Source: Octopus vulgaris
Lineage: Eukaryota
Assembly: GCA_951406725.2 (NCBI GenBank)
Contig: OX597842.1
Coordinates: 28,334,001-28,398,000 of the forward strand
Direction: 5' to 3'
Length of the DNA stretch: 64,000 bases
In this document: piece after piece, positions 11,658 to 23,844 of the stretch
Numbering within the stretch: the first letter of the stretch is position 1
Layout of the letters: each line of letters begins with the position of its first letter
Program-made: the position numbers and the translations under genes
The notes under the pieces: generated by a model
The model's input: only the letters and a program-made list of their open reading frames with translations
What the model was told of the DNA's origin: nothing
The model's database searches: none

Positions 11658-12330
11658 GTATATATATATATGTATATATATATGTGCATGTGTAGAGAGA
11701 GATATATGCACATGTATAAGTGGATGAGGAGGAAATGAGTGAGAGAACATGTGTGTATATGTATGTGTATGAGTGTGCGTGTAAGTGTGTGTGTGTGTGT
11801 GTGAGTGTGTGCGTTTGTATCCGTGGGCAACGAGATAGAAAGGAAGGGAGAGGAGAGTAGTAGAAGAATCCCTTTTTGGCCAGCTGGAACCCCAGGGGGA
11901 ATTCTAGGAACTTTTGGCGTGTCTAATCTAGCGGCACTGAATGTGTGTCGGTGTGTAGGCAGGTCATAAATTATACCTCTTGTGATTTTGAAGACGGTCA
12001 GCTAAGAACTTCGTATACTTTGTATGACTGTACTGTGGAGGTGTGTGTGCGTCTCTGTGTGTACGTGTGGGGTTTTTTTTGTGTGTGTGGGTGTGTGTGT
12101 GAGTTTGGAGTAGGGGGGAGAGACAAATAGAGAAAAGGAAATAAAAATAAAAAATAAAATAAGGGAGGAAGATGAGGAGAAAAATATATATATGTGTGTG
12201 TGTATATGTGGGTTTATATATATGTGTATATATATATGTGCGTGTGTTTGCGTGTTTCCATGTATGTGTGTGTGTATTTGTATGTATGTGTATTTGTATG
12301 TGTGTATATATATATGTATGTATATATGTA

Positions 12331-12369
<39 letters not shown>

Positions 12370-12373
<4 letters not shown>

Positions 12374-13633
12374 TGAACATCAATGGAATTTGTATCTTTG
12401 TGGTACCAGTACCGGTGGCACACAAGAAAACCATCCGAACGTACCGGTGGCACACAAGAAAACCATCCGAACGTGGCCGTAGCCAGTACCGCATCGACTG
12501 GCCTCTGTGATGTGGGCACATAACAAACACCATCCGATCGTGGCCGTCCGCCAGCCCCATCTGGCACCTGTGTCGGTGGCACATAAAAACACCAACCGAA
12601 GACCCGGCAAGACTAGTCAGGCCATAACCCGTGGCCCCTACTTGGGACGTAGTCAGTCCACCTGTGCATACCTTCCTTCCTTCTTGTGACACTTGTGAAG
12701 ACCTGTTGAGGCAAGTGAAAATCAAATCAAATCAAGTCAAAATAGATGAACATCAATGGAATTTGTGTCTTTGTGGTACCAGGGCCGGTGGCACGCAGGA
12801 AAACCATCAGAACGTGGCCGTGGCCAGTGCCGCATCGACTGGCCTCCGTGCTGTGGGCACGCAACAAACACCATCCGATCGTGGACGTTTGCCAGCCTCA
12901 TCTGGCACCTGTGTCGGTGGCACATAAAAACACCATCCGAAGACCCGGCAAGACTAGTCAGGCCATAACCCGTGGCCCCTGCCTGGGACGTTGTCAGTCC
13001 ACCTGTGCATACCTTCCTTCTTGTGACAATTGTGAAGACCTGTTAAGGCAAGTGAAAATCAAATCAAAATAGATGAACATCAATGGAATTTGTATCTTTG
13101 TGGTACCAGCGCCGGTGGCACACAAGAAAATCATCCGAACGTGGCCGTAGCCAGTACCGCATAGACTGGCCTCCGTGCTTTGGGGACGTAACAAACACCA
13201 TCCGATCGTGGCCGTCCGCCAGCCTCATCTGGCACCTGTGTCGGTGGCACATAAAAACACCATCCGAGCGTGGCCGTTCGCCAGCCTCGACTGGCACCTG
13301 TGTCGGTGCCAGCCTCATCTGGCACCTGTGTCGGTGGCACATAAAAACACCATCCGAGCGTGGCCGTTCGCCAGCCTCGACTGGCACCTGTGTCGGTGGC
13401 ACATAAAAACACCATCCGAGCGTGGCCGTTCGCCAGCCTCGACTGGCACCTGTGTCGGTGGCACATAAAATCACCCACTACACTCTCGGAGTGGTTGGCG
13501 TTAGGAAGGGCATCCAGCTGTAGAAACACTGCCAGATCTGACTGGCCTGGTGCAGCCTTCGGGCTCCCCAGACCCCAGTTGAACCGTCCAACCCATGCTA
13601 GCATGGAAAACGGACGCTAAATGATGATGATGA
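12370..13633 (+). mobile_element. Head-to-tail trimer of RTE 3'-UTR segments ending in one (GAT)n tail
   Basis: agatgaacatcaatggaatttg at 12371, 12744 and 13071; gaagacccggcaagactagtcagg twice. Confidence 0.85.
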
Positions 13634-14032
13634 TATGTATATATATGTGCTTGTGTATTTATGTGTATGTAAGTATGTGTGTGTCTGTATGCATATACAT
13701 GGGCATATGTATATGTATATATATGGATGTTCGCATGTGTATGTATGTGGGTTTGTAAGTATATTTATTTTATATGTTTTTTCATTTATCTACTTCTTCC
13801 CTCAACTTAATAACAACAACAACGAACTGACTAAAAGCAATAGTCTTCTAATTTACCTAAAACTCCATTCAATTATTCTATTCATTTATTCATTTATTTA
13901 CTTTATCACTGATTCTTTTGACCACTCCCATAAGAACGACAGTATGTGCCCTGCTTACCCAAAAAACGTCCCCCACCACCACCCCATTAAATCTGCCTAA
14001 ATGTATAAATACCAGACCTTATTTTTACAGCC

Positions 14033-14083
14033 AGCTTCCTGATGATTTCATTTGAATGAAACAGTACTAGTCCTATAGAAGCT
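14033..14083 (+). ncRNA. Third family-1 hammerhead copy (mutated stem III)
   Basis: AGCUUC-CUGAUGA-UUUC-AUUU-GAAU-GAAA-CAG-UACUAGUC-CUA-U-A/GAAGCU; C.A mismatch in stem III; tataaata ~30 nt upstream. Confidence 0.65.
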
Positions 14084-14119
14084 CCTTCTATAAAATATAA
14101 TATATATATATATATATAT

Positions 14120-15866
14120 CATCATCATCATCATCATCATCATCATTTAGCGTCCGTTTTCCATGCTAGCATGGGTTGGACGGTTTAACTGGGGTCTGTG
14201 AAGCCGGAAGGCTTCATCAGGCCCAGTCAGATTTGGCAGTGTTTCTACGGCTGGATGCCCTTCCTAACGCCAACCACTCCGCGAGTGTAGTGGGTGTTTT
14301 TTACGTGCCACCTGCACAGGTGCCAGACAGAGCTGGCACAACGCTATTTTCCTGGTAAGACAGCTGCAGGAGAAATACCTAGCCAAAGACAAACCCCTAT
14401 ACCTGGCTTTTGTCGATATGGAGAAAGCCTTCGACAGGGTCCCCCGATCCCTTATCTGGTGGTCAATGAGGAAACTAGGGATAGATGAATGGTTAGTGAG
14501 AGCTGTACAAGCCATGTACAGAGATGCTGCTAGTAAGGTGAGGGTTGGCACCGAGTACAGTGAAGAATTCAGGGTAGAGGTTGGGGTCCACCAAGGTTCA
14601 GTCCTCAGCCCCCTCCTATTTATCATAGTCCTCCAGGCAATAACCGAGGAATTCAAGACTGGATGCCCCTGGGAGCTCCTCTATGCTAATGACCTTGCTC
14701 TAATTGCTGAGTCTCTATCAGAATTGGAGGAGAAGTTTCAGGTGTGGAAGCAAGGTTTAGAATCGAAGGGCCTTAGAATCAACCTAGCCAAAACCAAAGT
14801 CCTAATAAGTAGGAAGGTAGACCAATCACAAACGCCTTCAGGTAGATGGCCTTGCTCGATCTGTAGAAAAGGCGAAGGTAGAAACTCTATAAGATGCACC
14901 AAGTGTAAGCTATGGACACATAAGAGATGTAGTAATGTCAAAGGAAGACTAACTAGGAAAAAAGTTTTTATCTGTGGCAGATGCTCAGGAGCAATAAACT
15001 CTGAAAATATGCAGAGACCAACTTCTATCACGTTTCAGGGAGAAAAACTAGAAGTAGTTGATAGCTTCCGCTACCTAGGTGACCAAGTCAGTAGCGGTGG
15101 CGGGTGTGCTGAAAGTGTAACTGCTAGAGTAAGAATAGCCTGGGCAAAGTTTAGAGAGCTCTTACCCCTACTGGTGACAAAAGGCCTCTCGCTCAAAGTA
15201 AAAGGCAGACTGTATGATGCATGTGTACGTACAGCCATGCTACATGGTAGTGAAACTTGGGCTGTGACTGCTGAGGATTTACGTAAGCTCGCAAGAAATG
15301 AAGCTAGTATGCTCCGTGGCTGTTTGCCAGCTCTGTCTGGCCCCGTGTCGGTGGCACGTAAAAGCACCATCCGTTCATGTCCGTTGCCAGCCTTGGCTGG
15401 CCCCCGTGCCGGTGACACGTAAAAGCACCGTCCGTTCGTGGCCGTTTGCCAGCTCTGTCTGGCCCCGTGTCGGTGGCACGTAAAAGCACCATCCGTTCGT
15501 GTTCGTTGCCAGCCTCGGCTGGCCCCCGTGTCGGTGGCACGTAAAAGCACCATCCGTTCGTGTTCGTTGCCAGCCTCGGCTGGCCCCCTTGCTGGTGACA
15601 CGTAAAAGCACCGTCCATTCGTGGCCATTTGCCAGCTCTGTTTGGCCCCGTGTCGGTGGCACGTAAAAGCACCATCCGTTTGTGTCCGTTGCCAGTCTCG
15701 GCTGGCCCCCGTGCCGGTGACACGTAAAAGCACCGTCCGTTCGTGGCCGTTTGCCAGCTCTGTCTGGCCCCGTGTCGGTGGCACGTAAAAGCACCATCCG
15801 TTTGTGTCCGTTGCCAGCATCACCTGGCCCCATGCCGGTGACACGTAAAAGCGCCATCCGTTCGTG
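14120..15866. mobile_element. RTE LINE with internal inversion: 3' tail on - (14120-14338), RT fragment and 61-bp array on + (14342-15866)
   Basis: RT ORF 14418-15317 (YADD changed to YAND) fused to a 3'-UTR array; inverted tail joined directly at ~14340. Confidence 0.9.
15315..15866 (+). repeat. 61-bp tandem array (~9 units) from the RTE 3' UTR
   Basis: aaagcacc recurs at 15361, 15422, 15483, 15544 and onward. Confidence 0.9.
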
Positions 15867-15889
15867 ATATATACATATATATATATATA

Positions 15890-16226
15890 TGCTTATAAAT
15901 TCCAAAACATTTCCAGGCGAGGAATGTACCCCACAACATAGACTGGTAGTTTGTGACTTTAGGATCAGGACTATGAGGACGAACAGAAGACGACCAACAT
16001 GGAGAAGAAGGATCTGGAAGCTTAAAGATCCTGCAAATGGACAGAGATTTAGGGACATATTACTTGACGCCTTTGATTCTTCAATTTTGATTTTGATTTT
16101 CACTTGCCTCAACAGGTCTTCACAAGTAGAGTTATGTGTCCCAAGAAGGAAGGTATGCACAGGTGGACTGACTACGTCCCAGGTAGGGGCCACGGGTTAT
16201 GGCCTCACTTGTCCTGACGGGTCTTC
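15890..16226. mobile_element. RTE endonuclease-end fragment (+, to ~16075) fused to an RTE 3' piece (-)
   Basis: TFPGEECTPQHRLVVCDF...RIWKLKD; then the reverse complement of the ORF end/3' UTR. Confidence 0.75.
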
Positions 16227-16644
16227 TTTTACATCAAGTTCAAAATTTAACGCCAGCCGTTAAACTGTCAATATGTTGCTGTCTGTCGTTAACAAATGCC
16301 AGCCATGGTGACTCTACTATCCTCAGATTCTATCCCTTCAAACTTTGGTTTCCAATATTTTATTATTTTTATTCAGCTTGCAAGTTCGTCTGTCCCTTTT
16401 AAATGTTAGCGTTTTGCTGTCTGCCTTGAAGCAGACCTTTCCATTGCCACTGCCTCATATTTCTGATTGATCTTTCTAAATATTTTATTTCTCAACTTAC
16501 TCAAGATCTTTTGTTGTTTATAAATGGGAGAGAGATAGATAAAGATAGTGAGTAAGAGAAAGCGAGGGAGAGTCCGAGAGAATAGAAAAGTAAGAGAGTG
16601 GGAAAGTGAGAGAGAAAGGAGAGAGAAACAAAGAGGGAGAATCA

Positions 16645-16950
16645 TCATCATCATCTTCGTTTAACGTCTGTTTTCTGTACTGGCACGGGTTGGACAGTTT
16701 GACCGGGGTTTGGGAAGCCAGGAGGCTGCACCAGGCTCCAGTCTGATCTGTCAGTGTTTCTACAGCTGGATGCCCTTCCTAACGCCAACCACTCTATGAG
16801 TGTAGTGGGTGCTTTTTTCGTGCCGCCGGCACAGGTGCCAGGGGAGCTTGCAGCGGCAACGATCGGTTGGTGCTTTTTACGTGCCACTGGCACAGAAGCC
16901 AGTCAAGGCGGCGCTGCAATCGGCCACGTTTGGATGGTGCATTTTATGTG
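16645..16950 (-). mobile_element. RTE 3' tail
   Basis: (CAT)n followed by gatgcccttcctaacgccaacc. Confidence 0.85.
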
Positions 16951-17015
16951 CTGAAAGGAAGCAACAGAAAGTAACAACCACACTCTTACCCGCGCGTAGA
17001 GTGGGTCACCTTCAG

Positions 17016-17096
<81 letters not shown>

Positions 17097-17097
17097 A

Positions 17098-17590
17098 ACA
17101 TAATTAATAATACCGGTCCAGGAAATAGATGGTAAATGTTTTTATTTTTCATTCCCTTCGAGACTTTATCCCCAATTAGTGGTTTGGACTTTAGCTGTTC
17201 CTTCTAGCGTAAGGTAGTCTTATGATGGACACCTCTTTTTGTGTTTAAATGCACACTGTATTTTAAACATACTTTTAAGCATTTCTTTGCTATAGTTGTA
17301 TTACTTTCGCCTCCTTGTGGAGTATTATGGTTGTATTTCGGTCTGTAGCCATTATCTAATCTATAAATGTGAATTTATTTGTTCTGAAGCAAACACAAGA
17401 CACACTAAGCTTTTACAATGATGTATAATTTTCATATCTTATCGCCTCTATTGATTGTTATTAAAGTCCAAAAATTGGTGGCCTTAATTTCAGAACAACA
17501 TGTACACACACACACATTATCATTATCTCTTCTCTCTCCCTCCCATTCCCCATCTCTCTCTCTCTTTCTCTCTCACTCTCTCTCTCTCTC
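17098..17590. repeat. Unit X copy
   Basis: taattaataataccggtccaggaaatagatgg... matches 35080-35580 and 36250-36420. Confidence 0.85.
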
Positions 17591-17623
17591 TTTGTATGTA
17601 TATATATATATATATATATATAT

Positions 17624-18166
17624 GAAAGAAGTCACCCCCACCTAGTAGACATAAAAGAAGAAATAAAAGGAGAAAAAACTCAAACAAAACCAAAAAATGA
17701 AACAGCCAAGAATAGAAGTAAAACTGACTATCCATATACCAAAAAGGATGGAAACAAACAGCGCACACGGGTGTGTAGGTTCTACCTGAGAGGTACCTGC
17801 TGGCATGGAGAGGAAGGTGCAGGCTGCCGTTTTGCACATCGGGGACCCTGCCGCAGAGACACGAAACAGATCAGAAACAAACTAACAAACGGAAAAGGGA
17901 TGGACCACGCACCACCTGCCCCAAAACGGAGGTACGCAGATGTGGTGCGTGCCACAAACGGCCAACATGATGTTGTTGAAAGGGCAGCTGCTGAACAAGA
18001 ATCATTTTTGTGCATGGCACAAAAGATTGTACAGCAGCTAACCTGGCTTCATCAAACCCAAGCTCGCAGATGGGACTACCCCAAATATACAAGACCACCA
18101 CAGCAAATAGACCCAAGGTGGACACAGCCGGCAACAGCATTTACCTCACCTCGATGCTCCTACTGA
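17624..18166 (+). CDS. LINE ORF1 remnant with C-x7-C-x8-C-x3-H (CCCH-type) finger
   Basis: Frame is open from the (TA)n junction through CRFYLRGTCWHGEEGAGCRFAH to the stop at 18166; overlaps the ORF2 frame. Confidence 0.65.
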   Translation, partial: ERSHPHLVDIKEEIKGEKTQTKPKNETAKNRSKTDYPYTKKDGNKQRTRVCRFYLRGTCWHGEEGAGCRFAHRGPCRRDTKQIRNKLTNGKGMDHAPPAPKRRYADVVRATNGQHDVVERAAAEQESFLCMAQKIVQQLTWLHQTQARRWDYPKYTRPPQQIDPRWTQPATAFTSPRCSY

Positions 18167-21118
18167 ACATCAGAGGACTGCAAACACTCAGTAACAGGAC
18201 AAAAATCCCGTTCTTGAGAGACTTTGTTGCATGCAATCAAGCCTTATGCATAGCACTTACGGAAACGCACCTGAAACCGGACATAGCAGATGCGGAATTA
18301 CACATATCACAGTATGTTGTACTACGGACCGACAGAAAAGAAAGGAGTCATGGAGGAGTTGCTATGTACATCCGTGAGGACCTCACACCCCAGGTCCTTT
18401 TGTCATACTCAAACTCGGTGTGTGACACACTAATTGTACATATAAGGCAACTTGATGTAGTTGTGTGTGCTACATATCGCCCTCCAGATGCCCCAAGCCA
18501 TGTAGGCAAGTTTGAAGACTGCCTTATAAAAATAGAAGAAGTTCTAATCACATTAGAACAACACATAAGTGTACTTCTTATGGGAGACTTCAATCTACCC
18601 AATGTCAGATGGCCCGAGGGCCTTTCTCTCCCAGGAATGACAAGATGTGAACGAGGACAGGCGAGGTCCCTCCTGAACCTCATCAACACCCTGTACATGG
18701 AGCAAGTAATACTCCAACCACCAACCAGGGCAGGTAACACACTGGATCTCTGCTTCACAAATAATATGGATCTCATCCATAATGTGAAAGTGACACCGAC
18801 ACTACTCTCGGATCACAACATGGTAGAGCTGACCATGTACAGGCCAAAGGAAAGCATGGACATGCAGCCTACAAGAAACCCTCAGAATCTTTCCAGCTTG
18901 AACTTCCATAAGGCAAACTGGAAACAAATTGAGAAAGAGATCCTAAAACAAAACTGGCCTGAATGTCTCCTCTCGCCAGACATCGACGTGAAACTTCAAC
19001 AATTCATGTCTGTAATGCAAGCCATATGCTACAAATGTGTCCCAGAGAGAAAGGCCACTGTACACAAGAACAAAATCCCCAGAGAGAGGAAAATTTTAAT
19101 GAGACTGCATACAAAAATTTCAAATCGCCTAAACAAACAAATTGAAAGCAGTGAAAAGTCCCGCCTGAAAATAAAACTGTTGGAAATTGAAAAATGTCTG
19201 CAACTCTTCCATGAAAAGGAAAGAGCAGACAAAGAAGCCTGGGCTATAGACAACATAAAATCTAACCCCAGAGCTTTCTACAGGTATGCCAAAGAAACAG
19301 CTACGGTGCACTGTAGGATAGGGCCACTCCTTGAAAAGGATGGCACACTCACAGGAAAACCAATGAGGGTAAGTGAAATACTGAATGAGCAATTCAAGAG
19401 TGTTTTCACTCCACCCCTTGGGCATTTCCAAATCACCAATCCAACTGACTTCTTTACCACTGCAGATATAAAATCAGAGGCGGCGACGATAGATTACATC
19501 GATATAAAGGAAGACGATGTAATAAAGGCTATAGATGAAATGAAAACAGACTCAGCCACTGGCCCCGATGGATTCCCGGCAATCTTCCTAAAAGTATGTA
19601 AGAGAGTCCTAGCAAGACCACTGCAGTTCCTCTTTCAGAGCTTCCTTGCAGCTGGCAAACTTCCAAGAAAACTGAAGGAAGGTAAAATATGCCCTATTCA
19701 TAAAGGAGGTAGCAGAGTGGAGGCCAAGAACTACAGACCTATCTCTCTGACCTCATATATCAGCAAGGTCATGGAACGAATAGTCAGAAGGAAACTGATC
19801 ACCTTCCTTGAAGAAAATGACTTGCTGCCTGAAACCCAACATGGTTTCCGACCAGGAAGAATCTGCTTAACTCAGCTCCTACAATACTATGACTGGGTGC
19901 TGAAACGACTGCTCAACCACTCAAATGTGGAAGTGATATATATCGACTTTGCAAAGGCCTTTGATAAAGTCGATCATGGAATGATATGTCACAAACTGTG
20001 TGATCTTAGCATAGTTGGAAAACTGGGAGAATGGCTTCATGACTTTCTGAAAGATAGAAGTCAGGTGGTAGTAGCCAATGGGGCCACTTCCATTAACACG
20101 CAAATAGTGAGCGGTGTTCCGCAGGGCACTGTTTTGGGACCACTACTGTTCATAATGGCCCTCTCAGACATGCCCTCAGCCACGCAGAGAGACACGATCA
20201 CAAGTTATGCAGATGATACAAAAGTTTCACAGGCAATACAGAACCCTGAGGACACTAAACGCCTGCAATGTGAGCTGGACAAAATATACAAGTGGGCTGA
20301 AAAGAATAGCATGCAGTTCAATGCTGAAAAGTTTCAAGCTTTATACTATCAGCATGCAAAACTAAATGCAATACCCAATGAATACACTGGACCCAGAGGA
20401 ATTGCAATCTCAGAGGCACAATCAGTGCATGACCTGGGTATTTTACATGAGTGATGACGCAACCTTTCGTGTACATGTTGCTAAAATGGCAATGAAATGT
20501 AGACGACTGGCCGGATGGATTCTCAGAGCCTTTAGAACAAGAGAACAAGAAACCATGATGGTCCTCTGGAGGACACTTGTCCTAAGCCACTTTGACTATT
20601 GCTCTCAGCTATGGTCACCATCCAGTGTCAAGTTGATCACAGAACTTGAGGCGATCCAACGTAGCTACACGAAGAAGATAGCCTCTGTACAGAATGTAAG
20701 CTACTGGGAAAGTCTCAAGAGATTAAAACTCTATTCTTTGGAGCGTAGGCGAGAAAGATATGCCATAATATACATCTGGAAGATCCTGGAGGGACTTGTC
20801 CCAAACTTTGGCATTGAGAGTTACACAAATGCCAGAACTGGGCGCCACTGCGTGGTGCCTAGGACTCCAAATTTGGCATCAAGATGTAGGACAAGATACT
20901 GTGATAGCTTGGGCTTCCGAGGCCCACAGCTCTTCAATATCCTCCCGAAGAACCTAAGAGACCTGCATGGGTTGGATGCAGATGTCTTTAAAATGAAACT
21001 GGATCTCTTCTTGTCAGGTATCCCAGATGAACCAACTTCACGGCAGGAGGTGCAGATGAGGGCAGCTGCAACGAACTCTCTCGTGCACCAAATGGCAGTT
21101 GCTAAAAAGCACTCGTGA
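18010..21118 (+). pseudogene. LINE ORF2 (APE endonuclease + RT) with a single +1 frameshift near 20443
   Basis: ORFs 18010-20454 and 20366-21118 join at DLGI|YMSDD if one T is removed from ggtattttac. Confidence 0.9.
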
Positions 21119-21231
21119 AGTAAAACCATGTAGCAATACCAAATGGCGGTGCCCCAGCATGGCCACAGCTCGTGAGCTGAAACTAGAATCAATCAATCAT
21201 CAATCAATTATATATATATATATATACATAC

Positions 21232-23844
21232 ATTGGAAGGCTTGGAAGGTCTGGAAAAATGGGGGTAGCAGAGAATTGTATCAGACTGCCAAAAGAGAAG
21301 CTAGGAGATAGGTTTATTTAGCCAGAGGGGAAGCAGATAATAAAAAATTTGCCAATGTTGTGCGCCGTGAGGACCAAAGACTGGAGGTGTTTCGCATTGC
21401 AAGACAGTGTGTGAGAGAGAATCGTGATGTGGTAGGAGAGAAGTGTGTTCGCATAGAAGATGGTTCACTTGCGCTAAATGAGGATGCAAAGAGAGAGGTT
21501 TGGAGATGCCACTATGAAAGGTTGCTGAATAAAGAAAATGAATGGGATAAAGAGAGTCTGCCGAATGTGGACCCAACAGAGGGACCAGCTATCCGAGTTG
21601 ATGGTTCCGTGGTAGCTAAGGCAATTAGAAGCATGAAGACAGGGAAAGCCCCAGGCCCATCAGGAATCACTGCAGAGATGCTCAAAATGTCTGGTAGTGT
21701 CGGCTATAGCCTAGTGACCCATATAGTTAATCAGGTGATACACAAAGGAGTCATACCCAATGAATGGTGTAGCAGCATAATAGTCAACTGCTACAAAGGT
21801 AAAGGTGACGCCCTAGATACAAATAACTACAGAGGTATCAAGCTGTTGGATCAGGTGATGAAGGTTACGGAGAGGGTCATAGCCCAACTAATTAGAGAGA
21901 GAGTTAGTTTAGATGAGATGCAGTTTGGGTTTGTGCCAGGGAAAAGTACTACTGATGCTATATTCCTGGTAAGGCAGCTGCAGGAGAAATACCTAGCCAA
22001 AGATAAGCCCCTGTACCTGGCTTTTGTTGACATGGAGAAAGCCTTCGACAGGGTCGCCCGATCCCTTATCTGGTGGGCAATGAGGAAACTAGGGATAGAT
22101 GAATGGTTAGTGAGAGCTGTGCGGGCCATGTATAGGGATGCTGCTAGTAGGGTGAGGGTTGGAAACGAGTACAGTGAAGAATTCCGGGTAGAGGTAGGGG
22201 TCCACCAAGGCTCAGTACTCATCCCCCTCCTATTTATCATAGTCCTCCAGGCAATAACGGAGGAATTCAAGACAGGATGCCCTTGGGAGCTCCTCTATGC
22301 TGATGACCTTGCTCTAATTGCTGAGTCGCTATCAGAACTGGAGAAGTTTCAGGTGTGGAAACAAGGATTAGAATCGAAGGGCCTCAGAGTCAATCTAGCT
22401 AAAACCAAAGTCGTAATCAGTAGGAAGGTAGACAAATCACAAACGCCTTCAGGTAGATGGCCCTGCTCGATCTGTAGAAAAGGTGTAGGTAGAAACTCTA
22501 TAAGATGCACCAAGTGTAAGCTATGGACACATAAGAGGTGCAGCAATGTCAAAGGAAGGCTAACTAGGAAGATGGTTTTTGTATGTGGCAGATGCTCAGG
22601 AGCAATAAACACTGAAAATGCCCTGAGACCAACTTCCGTCACTTTCCAGGGAGAAAAACTAGAAATAGTTGATAGTTTCCGTTACCTAGGTGACCAAGTC
22701 AGCAGCGGGGGCGGGTGTGCTGAAAGTGTAACTGCTAGAGTAAGAATAGCTTGGGCAAAGTTCAGAGAGCTCTTACCACTGCTGGTGACAAAAGGCCTCT
22801 CGAACAGAGTGAAAGGCAGACTGTATGATGCGTGTGTACGAACAGCCATGCTACATGGCAGTGAAACATGGGCCTTGACTGCTGAGGATATGCGTAAGCT
22901 CGCAAGAAATGAAGCCAGTATGCTCCGATGGATGTGTAATGTCAGTACTCATACTCGGCAGAGTGTAAGTACCTTGAGAGAAAAGCTGGACCTAAGAAGC
23001 ATCAGTTGTGGTGTGCAAGAGAGACGTTTGCGCTGGTATGGTCATGTGGCGAGAATGGATGAAGATAGTTGTGTGAAAAAGTGCCACACCCTAGCGGTTG
23101 AGGGAACCTGTGGAAGAGGCAGACCCAGAAAAACCTGGGACGAGGTGGTGAAGCACAACCTTCGAACTTTAGGTCTCACTGAGGAAATGACTAGAGACCG
23201 AGTCCTCTGGAAGTGTGCTGTGCGCGAGAAGACCCGGCAGGACAAGTGAGTCCATAACCCGTGGCCTTCTACATGGGATGGAGCCAGCCTACATATGCAT
23301 ACCTTCCCTTCTTGAGACACAAAACTCTACTTGTGAAGACCTGTTGAGGCAAATGAGGATCAGAATCGAAATCGATCAATGGAAATTGCAGATGTGTTAC
23401 CAGTGCCGGTGGCATGTCAAAACTCTACTTGTGAAGACCCGTTGAGGCAAGTGAGGATCAGAATCGAAATCGATCAATGGAAATCGATCAATGGAAATTG
23501 CCGATGTGTTACCAGTGCCGTTGGCATGTAAGAGAACCTTCCGTTTCGCGACCGTTGCCAGCACCGCCCCGTTTCGTGTCCGTTGCCAGCCTCGCCTGGC
23601 CCTCGTGCCGGTGGCACATAAAAAGCACCATCCGTTCGTGGCCGTTTGCCAGCTCTGTCTGGCACCTGTGCGGGTGGCACGTAAAAAGCACCCACTACAC
23701 TCACGGAGTGGTTGGCGTTAGGAAGGGCATCCAGCCGTAGAAACACTGCCAGATTTGACTGGGCCTGATGAAGCCTTCTGGCTTCACAGACCCCAGTAGA
23801 ACCGTCCAACCCATGCTAGCATGGAAAACGGACGCTAGGCAATA

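Larger units (their letters stand above)
17624..21208 (+). mobile_element. Near-complete CR1/L2-group LINE (5'-truncated ORF1, APE-RT ORF2, (CAAT)n tail)
   Basis: ORF1 with a CCCH motif; ORF2 with APE (NIRGL, TETHL, GDFN, SDH) and RT (QHGF, DFAKAFD, GVPQG, YADD); exact clade not determined. Confidence 0.92.

Noticed and set aside
15315-15866. CRISPR-like look of the hairpin-containing arrays (also 25170-25500)
   Set aside because: Whole units repeat with no unique spacers, there are no cas genes, and the unit is part of the RTE 3' UTR in eukaryotic DNA
15071-16193. Long antisense ORFs (257 and 272 aa)
   Set aside because: By-products of the GC-rich tandem array and antisense RT sequence
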